A program made the translations under genes and the position numbers. A DNA stretch of 64,000 bases from Candidatus Omnitrophota bacterium (GTDB lineage: Bacteria; Omnitrophota; Gorgyraeia; Gorgyraeales; Gorgyraeaceae), in assembly GCA_018824145.1 (NCBI GenBank), contig JAHJHC010000088.1, forward strand, positions 2,696 to 66,695, written 5' to 3'. How positions within the stretch are numbered: the first letter of the stretch is position 1; every line of letters starts with the position of its first letter. Of the stretch, positions 1 to 12,100 are shown in pieces. Under the pieces are notes generated by a model. It had not been told where the DNA came from, did not search any database, and worked only from the letters and a program-made list of their open reading frames with translations.

Positions 1-1101
1 TTCGTTCTTTTCGGCGAATATGAATCTACCCTTTTTGAATTAGTAAAAAATATTATCGAAGGAAAAAAAGAATTTTCTTCTATAGATGGCCTCATTTGGA
101 AGGATGATAAGAATAATGTAATTAAAAATAAACCACGGGATCTCTTTGATTTAAATATGTTGCCGTGGCCTTATAGGGATAGCGTACCGATGAAGAAATA
201 TTGGGATTTACCTGGGGATATCCCTCATCCTTCTGTTCAAATGGTTGCGTCAAGAGGCTGCCCTTTTTCATGTAATTTTTGCCTCTGGCCCCAGATCCTA
301 TTTAACGGAAAGACGTATAGGACGAGGGACGTAAAAGATGTAGTAGATGAGATGGAATATTTAATAAAAGAAAAAGGATTTAAATCCATATATTTTGATG
401 ATGATACTTTCAATATAGGTAAGACTAGAATGATGAATTTATGTAATGAGATTGTAAAAAGAGGCTTAAATGACACTCCTTGGGCTGTGATGGCTAGAGC
501 TGACCTGATGGATGAACAAATACTTAATGCAATGAAAACTGCGGGTTTACACGCAGTAAAATATGGAGTTGAGAGTGTATCTCAGGATATAGTCAATAGA
601 TGCGGTAAATGTTTAGATTTGAAGAAAGCCGAAGAGATGATCAAATATACTAAATCCTTAGGGATATATGTTCATTTAACTTTTTCTTTTGGCTTGCCTG
701 GCGAGACAAAAGAAACAATTAAAAGAGCTATAGATTATGCCTTGCAGCTAAATCCGCAATCTGTGCAATTCTCTATTATTACCCCTTTTCCAGGAACAAG
801 GCTTTTTGAAGAATTAGATGGGAAACAACGGATTTTAACCAAAGATTGGTCTTTGTATGATGGCCATTATAACTGTATTTTTCAACCAGATAACCTTTCT
901 ACGCGCGAATTAGAAGATGCAAAGCAATATGCTTACAGGATGTGGTCTGAACATCAGAGAAGGAATAGAGGGTTTCGTGGAGACGTCAGGAGATTTTTTG
1001 ATTATTATCATAATTATGGCTTGGGCGTAGTCTCTAGAAAGACAGTAAGTTATTTAAGTTATTTTTTATTCAATAGAAAAAAATTCATAGGTAAAATATG
1101 A
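1..1101 (+). CDS. Cobalamin-dependent (B12-binding domain) radical SAM protein, 5'-truncated by window edge
   Basis: Frame is open from base 1 (FVLFGEYESTLFEL...). Motifs SRGCPFSCNFC, YFDDDTF, YGVES, FGLPGETKE are typical of B12-domain rSAM enzymes. Confidence 0.88.
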   Translation, partial: FVLFGEYESTLFELVKNIIEGKKEFSSIDGLIWKDDKNNVIKNKPRDLFDLNMLPWPYRDSVPMKKYWDLPGDIPHPSVQMVASRGCPFSCNFCLWPQILFNGKTYRTRDVKDVVDEMEYLIKEKGFKSIYFDDDTFNIGKTRMMNLCNEIVKRGLNDTPWAVMARADLMDEQILNAMKTAGLHAVKYGVESVSQDIVNRCGKCLDLKKAEEMIKYTKSLGIYVHLTFSFGLPGETKETIKRAIDYALQLNPQSVQFSIITPFPGTRLFEELDGKQRILTKDWSLYDGHYNCIFQPDNLSTRELEDAKQYAYRMWSEHQRRNRGFRGDVRRFFDYYHNYGLGVVSRKTVSYLSYFLFNRKKFIGKI

Positions 1102-4100
1102 ATATTTGGCAGGAGATATTTAGAGGAATAGAAAACGAGAAGCAGGCATTTTGTGGGCCGCACACTGTACAAATAGACTTGACTGATAGATGTAACAATA
1201 CCTGTATTGCTTGCTGGGTGCATTCTCCTTTGTTGGATAAGAAGGAAGTTTTCCCTGAGAGAGAAAAAGAGATCTCATTTCCATTCGTAGAACAGTTAAT
1301 ATGTCAGCTGCGTGTATTGGGGACTAAAGAGATAATTCTTTCTGGCTCAGGTGAACCATTTATGTATCCGCAAATTAAAGAAGCGATATCGCTCATAAAA
1401 AAATCCGGGATATATTTGAATATTATTACCAACGGGACACTTCTTAATAAAGATATGGTTCGTTTTATTGTTGATAAGGGTGTTGATTTGATTACTTTAA
1501 GTATGTGGGCTGGGACGCCGCAGGCTTATGTGAATACACACCCAGGGAGAAGTTTAAGGGATTTCGAAGAGATAAAAGAAAAACTAAAAAACCTGAATTG
1601 CTATAAACAGCAAAGTGGACTTTTATTGCCTCATGTGAAGGTCTACAATGTTTTATGTAACAGAAATCATGATGATGTCGAAGCTATGGTTGATTTTGCG
1701 AAGGATATTGATGCGGGTTTTGTGGAATTTCAAATCGTAGACGTAATAAAAGGAAAAACAGATAATTTGCTTCTCAATAACGAGTTACAGAAAAAGATCA
1801 TTGCTCAGTTTGACAAGATCTCTAAAAGGCATGATTTTGTAAAATGGCACGACTTAAATGTAAAACTTAAGGGTAAAGATACTATGCAGGATTTGCGGGA
1901 TTTCGGGAAACTGTGGAAAAATTATAGATCGGATTTCGTTCTTTTGAAAAAGGCGCAAAATATTATATGTTCAAAGGAAAAATTTTGTGAAAAAATAGAA
2001 CAAAAGAATATCTTATTGCCTCCTGGTCATTTTCAACATCTTGGGTTTCGTTTCTCGTTCAATGAAGAAGTCTGTAAGATTTGCGCACATTTTAGCCGAT
2101 GCTTTCCATCTCAGGAATGTATTGTTGATGCGAATCTTCTGAATGTTTTAGGAATAGGTACGCTTATGAGGAGATTTTCTTCTCCTAAGTCAGAGTTGGG
2201 ATTATATGAAAGACATGTGGATTATTTTCCCTGTTATATCGGTTGGTATTATGCGCGGATCCTTACGAACGGAGATGTAATACCATGTTGTAAGGCGCAT
2301 TTGCATCCCTTAGGTAATATTTACAGAAAGTCATTTTCTGATATATGGGGTTCCAACGCATATAGAAAATTCAGGGTTAAGGCAAAAAGAGCCCCGAAAA
2401 CCGACCCTTATTTTTCCCTGATCAATTGTATTAAAAGTTGTGATAACTGGGGAATGAATGTGGAGATATCTAATAGGACTAAAACTTTTTTACATGACAG
2501 AACTATAACGTCGAAGATGAAATCTGAAAGACAGATTATCGTTTTAGCCAAAGATTATATAGATAGTAATTTTAATCCCAGCTATCACGATTTTGGCAAA
2601 GGACTTGTTATCGACGGCGGACATAAAGTCGGATTTGCTAAGTATAGATTTAGTATAGATGAAGATGGAGAATATGAATTTTGGTCGAGATATGCAAGTA
2701 ATGCTATAAGACCAGTTGATATTTACATGGATGGGATTTTATTGAAAAAGGGAGGACTAAACAAGATTACGGATGGATGGACTTCCAAGTTCCTTAAGTG
2801 GTATGAGGAATTTACAATAGAGTTGAAGAAAGGTGAGCATCTGTTCGGAATACGTTCTTCAAACAGCATTCCCCATATTGAAAAATTTATTCTTTTCAAA
2901 AAAGATAATCCCCCTGCCTTTATAAAAAAAGACAAGCATAAGTTTTTTTATAAAAAATTATCTCAATATATAACAGGAAAAAAAAGGTTGGAATCTTCTC
3001 TTGTAAAGGCAGTGAAAAATAGGTATATCGAAAGTTTAGGTATATATGATGGCGAATATGGATATAAGGGACCGTTTCATGTACAAATAGATTTGACCAA
3101 TAACTGTAATAATACCTGTATTGCATGTTGGTGCAATTCTCCTCTTTTAAAGGAAAAGAGGTTGTCTCCAAGAGAAAAGGAGCAATATCTCCCTATGGGA
3201 CTGGTTAAAGAACTTCTCGATGAAACTTCGGCTAAAGGAGCAACAGAGGTTTATTATTCGGGTAGCGGAGAGCCGTTCATGCACCCTGATATTATGCAAA
3301 TTTTAGAATATAGTAAGAAGAAAAATTTGATTTGTCACGTAAATACTAATTTTAGTCTCCTTACAAAAGAGAAATTAAGATGCCTTATTGATATTGGATT
3401 GGATTTTCTTACTGTAAGTACATGGGCAGCCACACCTGAAACGTATGTTAAGACGCATCCAAATCGAACAAAGGAAGATTTTTATAAAATAAGAGAGAAC
3501 CTATTATATTTAAATACACATAAGAAAGATAAGCCTTGTATCAAGCTTTACAATGTCATTTTTAATATGAATTATTTTGAAGTCGAAAAGATGGTGGAGT
3601 TCGCTAAAGAGACTATGTCTGAATCGTTAGAATTTACATTGGTTGATACCATGCCTAATGCAACAGACATCCTCGTTTTAAACAAAGAGCAATTGATGGA
3701 ATTAAAAAAAGCATTAGATAGGATTAAGTGCGTTCTAGATGAAGATAATAGGGTAAGGGATGCAAATATATTGATTTTTCAATTTGACCAGTTTTTGAGA
3801 AGAATTTATGTGGTTGATGACGTTAAGGAAGCAAAATATGATAGAAATATCATAGATAGGATGCCTTGTTATATTGGCTGGCTTTTTGCAAGAATAATTC
3901 CTAACGGAGAGGTTCATTCCTGTCTTAAGGCACACAGGATTCCCACGGGGTCTTTGTACAAAGATAGATTTTTAGAAATATGGAATTCCCAGAAACAGTA
4001 TCACTTTCGTAAAAAAACATTGGTTTGTAAAAAAGATGACCCGTTTTTCAGGTCTATTGGCAATGATTCTAATATAGAAGAGGCTGGCTGTTATAAGAGT

Positions 4101-5336
4101 TGTGATGATATCGGAAGGAATACCTGGATGTACGACAGGATGAAGGCATTCACTATGCCAGAGAGATTATTACTCGAAGGTATGGCTAAAACCTTAAAAG
4201 TTATAAGAAACATTAAACCTGTAAAAAATGATTATAGAGAGTATCATGAAGATCCGATGTTTGCAGGCATTTTTCACGGGAGGAAGGCCTTTACAGGTCC
4301 GGAGCACGTTGTGATTGACCCTACGAATAAATGTAATTTAAAGTGCATTTCTTGTTGGCTTTACTCACCTTTACTTACTAGTGATAAACCGGATCCCGAT
4401 TTCCTGAAAAAAGAATTACCTAAGGATGTGCTTGTTAAGTTAATAGATGATTTGTCATCTTTGGGGACAAAACGCATTCGTTTTACTGGTGGCGGAGAAC
4501 CTTTTATGCACAAGGATTTAATGGAGATTATAGAGTATGCCCGCAGAAAAAAGCTTCTTGTTGCCTTGTCTACTAATTTTGGTATGGCCTCCAAAAAAGA
4601 TATAAAAAAGCTCATAGATTTAGGTTTAGAAGAATTGTGCATAAGTATATGGGGGTCTAATTCTCAGATTTACGACAAAATCCATCCCGGTGTTTCTTCT
4701 AGTTATTTTGAAAGATTGAAGGAAAATCTACTTTTTCTTAAGGAGACAAAGAAGAACGGGCCTCGTGTTACCTTTGCTAATGTAATTATGAATTTAAATT
4801 TCGAAGATTTTCAAGATATGTATAAATTCGGTTTACAATACGGAGCTGATGCGGTTTATTTTACTCTGGTAGATATATTTCAGAAACAAACAGACAAACT
4901 TTTATTGAATGAAGAAGAAAGAAAGAAGTTGTTAAATATGGCTATGGAGGTTAAAGAGAGAAATAAAGATGACAGTCTACATCTGGAGTTTTTTGATGGT
5001 TTTTTAAGAAGATTATCTAAGTCTTGTGAGGATTTCGAAAAGGGAGAGTATGATAAGTTCGATGTTGATAAGATTCCGTGTTATGTCGGCTGGTTTTTTG
5101 CTAGGGTTTTGGCCAATGGTAATATAGTTCCTTGTTGCCGCGGAGTGAAAAAGGTATTAGGTAATATAAATAAGAAATCCTTTAAAGATATATGGTTTTC
5201 AGAAAAATACAATGAATTTAGAGCAAGGGCAAAGTATTTATCAAAAAATGATATTTATTTTCAGAAAATAGGTTGCATAAAAGAATGTGATAATCTGATG
5301 CATAATGAAGAGATGCATAGTAAGATAGCATCTTAA
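1098..5336 (+). CDS. 1412-aa protein with three radical SAM + SPASM/twitch modules and a CBM-like beta-sandwich insert
   Basis: Three CxxxCxxC motifs (CNNTCIAC twice, CNLKCISC), three G(S/G)GEP motifs and three CY(I/V)GW...NG.V..C SPASM starts. Insert KYRFSIDEDGEYEFWSRYAS...IELKKGEH between modules 1 and 2. Confidence 0.88.
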   Translation: MNIWQEIFRGIENEKQAFCGPHTVQIDLTDRCNNTCIACWVHSPLLDKKEVFPEREKEISFPFVEQLICQLRVLGTKEIILSGSGEPFMYPQIKEAISLIKKSGIYLNIITNGTLLNKDMVRFIVDKGVDLITLSMWAGTPQAYVNTHPGRSLRDFEEIKEKLKNLNCYKQQSGLLLPHVKVYNVLCNRNHDDVEAMVDFAKDIDAGFVEFQIVDVIKGKTDNLLLNNELQKKIIAQFDKISKRHDFVKWHDLNVKLKGKDTMQDLRDFGKLWKNYRSDFVLLKKAQNIICSKEKFCEKIEQKNILLPPGHFQHLGFRFSFNEEVCKICAHFSRCFPSQECIVDANLLNVLGIGTLMRRFSSPKSELGLYERHVDYFPCYIGWYYARILTNGDVIPCCKAHLHPLGNIYRKSFSDIWGSNAYRKFRVKAKRAPKTDPYFSLINCIKSCDNWGMNVEISNRTKTFLHDRTITSKMKSERQIIVLAKDYIDSNFNPSYHDFGKGLVIDGGHKVGFAKYRFSIDEDGEYEFWSRYASNAIRPVDIYMDGILLKKGGLNKITDGWTSKFLKWYEEFTIELKKGEHLFGIRSSNSIPHIEKFILFKKDNPPAFIKKDKHKFFYKKLSQYITGKKRLESSLVKAVKNRYIESLGIYDGEYGYKGPFHVQIDLTNNCNNTCIACWCNSPLLKEKRLSPREKEQYLPMGLVKELLDETSAKGATEVYYSGSGEPFMHPDIMQILEYSKKKNLICHVNTNFSLLTKEKLRCLIDIGLDFLTVSTWAATPETYVKTHPNRTKEDFYKIRENLLYLNTHKKDKPCIKLYNVIFNMNYFEVEKMVEFAKETMSESLEFTLVDTMPNATDILVLNKEQLMELKKALDRIKCVLDEDNRVRDANILIFQFDQFLRRIYVVDDVKEAKYDRNIIDRMPCYIGWLFARIIPNGEVHSCLKAHRIPTGSLYKDRFLEIWNSQKQYHFRKKTLVCKKDDPFFRSIGNDSNIEEAGCYKSCDDIGRNTWMYDRMKAFTMPERLLLEGMAKTLKVIRNIKPVKNDYREYHEDPMFAGIFHGRKAFTGPEHVVIDPTNKCNLKCISCWLYSPLLTSDKPDPDFLKKELPKDVLVKLIDDLSSLGTKRIRFTGGGEPFMHKDLMEIIEYARRKKLLVALSTNFGMASKKDIKKLIDLGLEELCISIWGSNSQIYDKIHPGVSSSYFERLKENLLFLKETKKNGPRVTFANVIMNLNFEDFQDMYKFGLQYGADAVYFTLVDIFQKQTDKLLLNEEERKKLLNMAMEVKERNKDDSLHLEFFDGFLRRLSKSCEDFEKGEYDKFDVDKIPCYVGWFFARVLANGNIVPCCRGVKKVLGNINKKSFKDIWFSEKYNEFRARAKYLSKNDIYFQKIGCIKECDNLMHNEEMHSKIAS

Positions 5337-5362
5337 AGTAAAGCTGTTAAATTTACTAAGAC

Positions 5363-6777
5363 ATGGAGAAATTCGACATCATTCTTACTGTTTGTCCACC
5401 ATGGGGAAGTCCTTCTGTACCTATAGGCCTTGCGTATTTAGCCAGTTATCTTAAAGACAAAAAATTAAATCCAAAAGTTTTAGATTTGAACTTAGAAGTG
5501 TTTGATAATTTGAGCAACGAGGGATTCGAAAAATACTGGCTTTCTAGATATTGTAAGCATTGGAGTGACCAGAAATTGTTTTGCGAGTTTATTAAGAATA
5601 TACCTGAACAAATAGAATATTGCGTAGGTAGATTGCTTTCTTTTGGCACGGAAATCATAGGTTTTTCAATTAATCAAAGTAATCGAAATTTTTCAGTTGT
5701 AATTGCCCAAGAGTTAAAAAAAGAAATGAAAAGTTAAAGATAATATTTGGCGGTATGGGTGTCTTCATAAGAGGAGAGCGAATGTTAATTGCGCCTGACA
5801 TTGTGGATGCATATGTTTTAGGTGAAGGTGAAGAATCCCTTTTTGAACTTATATCCAGAATCAAAGAAAATAAAAGTTGTTTGGATGTTCCAGGAGTTTT
5901 AGTAGAGTCTTTCGAAGCCAATTATACCCCTAGAAAGAAAATCAAAAATTTAGATGAGATACCGTTTCCTACATATGAAGACTTTGCTCTAGATAGATAT
6001 CCAGAATCAAATACAATATCTATAATTTCTAGCAGAGGATGTATGAATAAATGTGTTTTTTGTGGAAATTGGCCATTTTGGGGGCAATTCAGGCATAGGA
6101 GTGGAAAGAATATTTTTGATGAGATAAAACATCACTATGAAAGACATGAAATTACTACATTTAAATTTAACGATTTAGCCTGCAATTGGAATTTAGAAGA
6201 ACTTAAACGGCTCTGTAATCTTGTTATAAATAATAAAATGCGTATTACTTGGCAGAGCTATGCAGTATTGGATAATCTATTGACGGATGATATTTTAAAA
6301 GATATGAAATTAACTGGTTGTTGTGCCCTTTCGTTCGGTGTGGAATCAGGATCCAATAGGATCCTTAAATCTATGGATAAAAACCATAGTGCTGAAGTCG
6401 CAGAAAAGGTACTTCGCAGAACTTATAATGCTGGGATTCAGACAAATATTAATATTATGGTAGGCTTTCCAGGTGAAGGTGAACAAGAATTACAGGAAAC
6501 TATAGATTTTTTGATTAGAAATGTTAAGTACATAAGTGTAATCGAAGCTATATCAGTCTGTTATATTAAACCTTTGTCAATATTAGCAAATAATCCACTT
6601 GCCTATAACATAGTTCTTCCTCCCGGACCAGATCGATGGTACAATTGGTCTGCATCTGATGGAACCAGCGACTATGGCAATAGAAAAAACTTTGCAGATA
6701 GAATTTTAAGATTAGTGAAAGACTTGAATTTAAACTTCGATGTAGATAACCTATATGGATATTTTTATATTTTTTAG
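5363..6777 (+). pseudogene. B12-binding radical SAM gene split by a 1-nt frameshift in an A7 run (5716-5722)
   Basis: ORF 5363-5737 carries the B12-domain start (PPW..PIGLAYLASYL); ORF 5755-6777 carries GEGE and SRGCMNKCVFC. One extra A (or a -1 slip) gives ...ELKKRNEKLKIIFGGMG, matching the paralogs. Confidence 0.8.
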
Positions 6778-6876
6778 ATAATTCATTATAATTGTAACTA
6801 TTAGTGGCCCTGTAACTTTATGGAAAATAATTAGATGGAAAAACATTGATGTAGTTTATATTGTAATGAGGGGAAA

Positions 6877-8349
6877 ATGAGTATGAATAAAGATATAGTT
6901 TTAGTATCTCCTCCGCCAGGCTGGCAAAGGACGTTGCCTATTGGATTAGGATTTTTAGCATCATATTTAAGTAAGAGCGGATTTTCCGCTGTTATTTATG
7001 ATATGGCTTTAGATATGATCGGAAAAGTAAAAGATGAGGATCGCGATTGTCTGTGGGGATTAAAAGCAAAAAATCTTTGGTTAGATCCAGAGGTGTTTAA
7101 ATTATTCGTCACTAAATATGAAAAAGAGATTCAGTCTTGTGTAGACCATATACTTTCTTTTAGTTCATCTATTATAGGTTTTTCGGTTATTCATTCAAAG
7201 CAACTTGTTACTTTAGAGATTATTCGCAGGATTAAAAAGATAGACCCATCTATTACTATAATTGTCGGGGGACCGGCTTGTTTTTATGATGAGGACCGCT
7301 ATATTCTCGAAGCACCTAAGATCATAGACATATTTGTATTAGGTGAAGGAGAGAAGACTTTGTACGAATGCCTTGTTAATATCAAACAAAATAAGCCGCT
7401 TGACGAAATAAAAGGTGTTAGGACTTTGGAGTCTAATTACAAGGGATATATATCCAGAGACCCTATTGAAGATTTAGATACTATTCCTTTTCCTGAATAC
7501 CCTGGTTTGAAGATTGAAGACTATCAACCGGATCCAGTGCCGCTATTCTGTAGCCGCGGATGTTTTGGCAAATGTTCTTTTTGTGAAATTAAAAATATAT
7601 GGAAGAGTTATAGAACAAGGAGTGCCGAGAGTATTTTTGAGGAGATTAAATTCTATGTAGAAAAGAAAGAGATATTTCATTTTTCACTATTCGATTCCAT
7701 AGTGAACGGTGATCCGAAAAATTTAGAAAGGTTATGTGATTTTGTTATTAAATCTATGTATAAGATCCGTTGGGAAGGCAACGTGCTTGCTTTACCTTCG
7801 ATGAATAGGGATATTTATTCAAAAATGCAAAAGGCTGGCTGTGAACTTGTATATTTTGGTGTCGAAACAGGATCTGAATACGTTTGCAAAAAGATGAAGA
7901 AGCCGTTTACGATTTTTGAAGCGGAAAGGAATATTCGCTTAGCGCATGAGGCAGGCATAGAGGTTTCCGTAAATTTCATTACTGGTTTTCCAGGAGAGGA
8001 TGAAGAACATTTTCAGCAAACGATAGATTTCACTAAAAGAAATAGCCAATATATAGATAGAGTCGATTTTATTACCGAATGTCAAGTAGCTAGGGGAACG
8101 CACCTGTTTTTACACCCTGCTGATTACGGAATAGTTATACCAGAAGATTGGCAAGGCTATAAATGGTATACTAATGACGAGAAAAATACCATCTCTGTAA
8201 GACAAGCAAGAACTTTGATTCTTGGGAAGTATTTAGATTCACTGGGGGTTAAAATTAACGTAAATTTTAATCTTGATGATGGAAGCCAAAAAGTCAAGGG
8301 TAAGATAGTCGTTAATTTAAAGAAGGATATTAATAAGGGGACCTTATGA
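6877..8349 (+). CDS. Cobalamin-dependent radical SAM protein
   Basis: PIGLGFLASYL, IIVGGP, GEGE, SRGCFGKCSFC, FGVETGS, GFPGE. Confidence 0.9.
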   Translation: MSMNKDIVLVSPPPGWQRTLPIGLGFLASYLSKSGFSAVIYDMALDMIGKVKDEDRDCLWGLKAKNLWLDPEVFKLFVTKYEKEIQSCVDHILSFSSSIIGFSVIHSKQLVTLEIIRRIKKIDPSITIIVGGPACFYDEDRYILEAPKIIDIFVLGEGEKTLYECLVNIKQNKPLDEIKGVRTLESNYKGYISRDPIEDLDTIPFPEYPGLKIEDYQPDPVPLFCSRGCFGKCSFCEIKNIWKSYRTRSAESIFEEIKFYVEKKEIFHFSLFDSIVNGDPKNLERLCDFVIKSMYKIRWEGNVLALPSMNRDIYSKMQKAGCELVYFGVETGSEYVCKKMKKPFTIFEAERNIRLAHEAGIEVSVNFITGFPGEDEEHFQQTIDFTKRNSQYIDRVDFITECQVARGTHLFLHPADYGIVIPEDWQGYKWYTNDEKNTISVRQARTLILGKYLDSLGVKINVNFNLDDGSQKVKGKIVVNLKKDINKGTL

Positions 8350-9143
8350 AAGTTTCTGCCTTAGACTTTCAAATTTTTCTTGTAAGACTAGGGCATGAAT
8401 ATTTTTTTCAGGGATTTTATTATTTCAAATTTCTGGAATACCCTTTAGTTTATAATAATCTTAACCTTGATCCCAGAGATAAATATCTTGATATTGGAAG
8501 CGGCCAATCAATTTTCCCTCTTTTTGCCTTAGTAAAAAATGATTGTTATGTACAAGTCTATGACGATTATTCTCTAATAAAAGATAGCATGGAATATTAT
8601 AAGAATATCATAGAAAAAATGAGCTTAAGCCCTTCTAGTAAAGAGAAATTTACTATCAATGAAACAACAGAGACAGACTTGCCAAGCGATTATTTTGATA
8701 AGATTTCTTGTATTTCTGTATTAGAGCATAGTAGAGGGAATGGCGATACCGAAACAATAAAAACAATTTCAAGGATTTTGAAGAAAAGGGGTAAAGTCGT
8801 AATGACTTTACCTTTTAATAATGGTGAATATATTGAAGAAGAAAATCCAGAAGATATTGGATTTTTTCAGCGCTTGTATAGTTTGGATGCAATAAAACAT
8901 AGAATAGGCGATCCTTCCGGCTTAGAGGTAGAAAAGGTTATATATTTTGGCGAATGTAATGCGCACATAGGCAGATTATATCGACAAAATAAATTTCATA
9001 GATTAAAGTGGATTATGCCATTTTTTCCCTCATTTTTTTGGCGAATATGCCATAGCTATGAAGGGGGGTTTCGTTGTTTTCATGAAAAAGAATTAGATAA
9101 AAAGTATATAGGTGTAAGTTGTATCGTAATGAGAAAGAAATGA
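8346..9143 (+). CDS. Class I SAM-dependent methyltransferase
   Basis: Motif I YLDIGSG; FDKISCISVLEH; RILKKRG. Confidence 0.8.
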   Translation: MKVSALDFQIFLVRLGHEYFFQGFYYFKFLEYPLVYNNLNLDPRDKYLDIGSGQSIFPLFALVKNDCYVQVYDDYSLIKDSMEYYKNIIEKMSLSPSSKEKFTINETTETDLPSDYFDKISCISVLEHSRGNGDTETIKTISRILKKRGKVVMTLPFNNGEYIEEENPEDIGFFQRLYSLDAIKHRIGDPSGLEVEKVIYFGECNAHIGRLYRQNKFHRLKWIMPFFPSFFWRICHSYEGGFRCFHEKELDKKYIGVSCIVMRKK

Positions 9144-12100
9144 ATTTTCCCAAATATTTATCTATCCAAACTACTTCTTTGTGTAATGCATCTTGTGTAT
9201 TCTGCCCTTACAGGGAGATGCAAGATATATTTCCCCCAAAAATAATGGACATGAATTTGTACAATAAGATTATAGATGAATGTGCAAATTATAAAAATGT
9301 AGAAAGAATTATTCTTTATATGAATAACGAACCGTTAACCGACCCTTATTTATTAGAAAGAATAAATTATGCAAAAGAAAAGATTCCATGGGCAAATGTC
9401 CATATTCTTACAAATGGATTATTGCTCACGGAAGAAATGGCGGAGAGGCTTATAAATTCTAAATTAGATTGGATCGGTATAAGTTTTCATGGGATAAGAC
9501 AAGAGACGATAGAGAATGCAATGGGTATTCCGTTTGGGGTTACTTTAAAGAGGATAGATGGTTTTGTAGAGAGGGCAAGGAGTAAAAAGGATATAAAAGA
9601 ATATGTTATGATTACGTTTTTAAGACATGAATATTTGACAGGAGAAGAAAAGGAAGAAGTAATCGGTTATTGGAAGAGTAAAGGGATAGAAAGGATTAGT
9701 TACTTTGATGGACCTGTTTCTCGTGCAGGGAACGTTAAACGTTTGGCAAAGACTCATAATAAAGGGAGAATTGTAGGTTGTAACTCTATTTGGGCAGATG
9801 AAATGATTCATATTGTTGAGGATGGTAAGATGGTTCTGTGTTGTATGGATTGGAGAAGAGAGCATGTGCTTGGAGATTTGAATAATCAGAGCATTTATGA
9901 GATATGGAATGGAGAAAGAAATAAGACATGGCAACTTATTTATGGTAAAGGAGATATGCCCGACGGCTTTCTTTGTCGAAAATGTGAAGAGGCACAAATA
10001 TCAGAGGAGGATCTATTGCTTATTATGACCCCTCCCTGGCAGACTAAAATGCCCCCGTTAGGCGCAGCATACTTAAGCAGTTTTTTAAGGTCCGAAGGGT
10101 TTAAAATAAAAGTAATAGATTTAAATGTAAAATTACATAATAGTGCTTCCGAGGATAAGAGATCTTTGTGGGATATTTCTACGATAAATAACTTTCCTCC
10201 AGATAAGATTGCAGAGAAATTTGTCCATGAGTTTCAGGGTGAATTAGAAGATTTTATTATGGAGGCATGTAATTCATCTGCAAAGCTTATAGGATTTTCT
10301 ACTACAATAGCCAGCATTACAATTGCTGTCTATTTAGCGCATCAGATTAAATTGAGAGATCCTTCTAAAATTACTATAATAGGAGGTCCTGGCGCTTATT
10401 GGAATACTTTTGACATTGATCCAAAGAAGTTAATAGATATATTTGTAGTCGGAGAAGGGGAATTACCTTTATTGGAGATACTAAAGTGGTCTAAGAGAGA
10501 ATTATCTCTTTCAGGTTTAATTGGAATACCAGGAACCGTAATATGCATAGATCAACAATACCTAAGTTTCCTACCTCCTAATCCTATTAAAAGAATAGAT
10601 GATATACCTTTTCCCGATTTTCTCGAATTTAATCTCAAAGATTATAATAAAGAGGACGGATATAAACCCTTACCGTTGCTTATTAGCAGAGGATGTATTA
10701 ATAGATGCAGTTTTTGTATTGACCACAAGATGAATAATCCTTTTAGAATAAAAGATCCGCATAAAGTGGTTGAAGAGATGAAATTTCATGTGAAACATTA
10801 TGATACCAGAGAATTTGAATTTAATGATTTATTATGCAATGGAAATTTAAAACAGTTGGAAAAGATATGCGATTTGATTATCGAGGAGAATATTGATATA
10901 AAATGGTCAAGTTATGCGGCGATAAGAGAAGGAATGAGTTTAGAATTATGTAGGAAGATGTACAAATCAGGATGTATGGGGATTTGTTATGGAATGGAGT
11001 CTGCTTCAGACATTGTTTTGAAAAAGATGAATAAAAGATATGATTCTCAGCTGGCCGAGGAGGTTATTCGCAATACTCACAATGCAGGTATAAAGAGTTG
11101 CATAAATATAGTTATCGGGCATCCAGGTGAGACTGAGAGAGAATTTAGAAATACTTATGAGTTTATACGAAGAAATAAAGATTATATAGATCAGGTAACT
11201 AATGTTTCTACGTGTTTTGTTTTATCGGAGACTGACCTTATGAATAACCCCAGTAAATTCGGTGTTTATTTTAAATGGCCTTTAAAGACTCGATGGAGAG
11301 CTTTTATTAAAAAGGATGGATTGTGCCCAAATTATACAGAATATTATACTGGACCAGATAATGGCCCTTATTCACGGGCACGTCGACTTAGGAGATTTTT
11401 AGGGCTCCTTCATAAGGAGAATGTCCCTTATCTTATTATAAATTACATAAAACCACACAATGAAAATTTGGATGAGTTTATCGAGGCAGACAAGCGTAAG
11501 AGAAATTTGAAATATAAATATTTTGAGTTAAATGTTTCAGAACAAGGGCGATGTAAATTGTTCTGTAAAAATTTAGAATTGACTAGGGATGTAGGAATGA
11601 ATGCTTCTTTTTTTGTTAATAACAAATGGATTGATTCTTCCACAGCGCGATGGGATGTTAAGCGACATAATGCATTTGTTGACATTAAGATAAGGTGGCC
11701 GGAATTTCCTATTACTCAGCATTGGACGGTAAAATTTACTAGTAGGTCTATAGATTGGGGTATAGAAATATTTTTTCACGAAGGACTAAGAATTTTTCAA
11801 AGTAAAATAGGTGTAATGTTAGTGAATAAATATAATAAATATATATTAAATGATTCAATAGCTAATTTTCCTAGCTTTTCTACAAAAAAGTGGCAAGAGA
11901 TTTTGTTCTCAAGAATTTCCGAAATAGGCTTGGTTTCAAGTAGTCCTTTTCCGGGAATCGTTCTAAAACCGAAATTTGAAAAAGAAGTTTTTATTCAATT
12001 GCAGAATTCCCCTTCTTCTTTATTGACAAGGATGGTCAATGTTTGTTTTTTTGAAAATAGCAATCCCGAAGGATTTAATAATGACGGACATTATTTCAAA

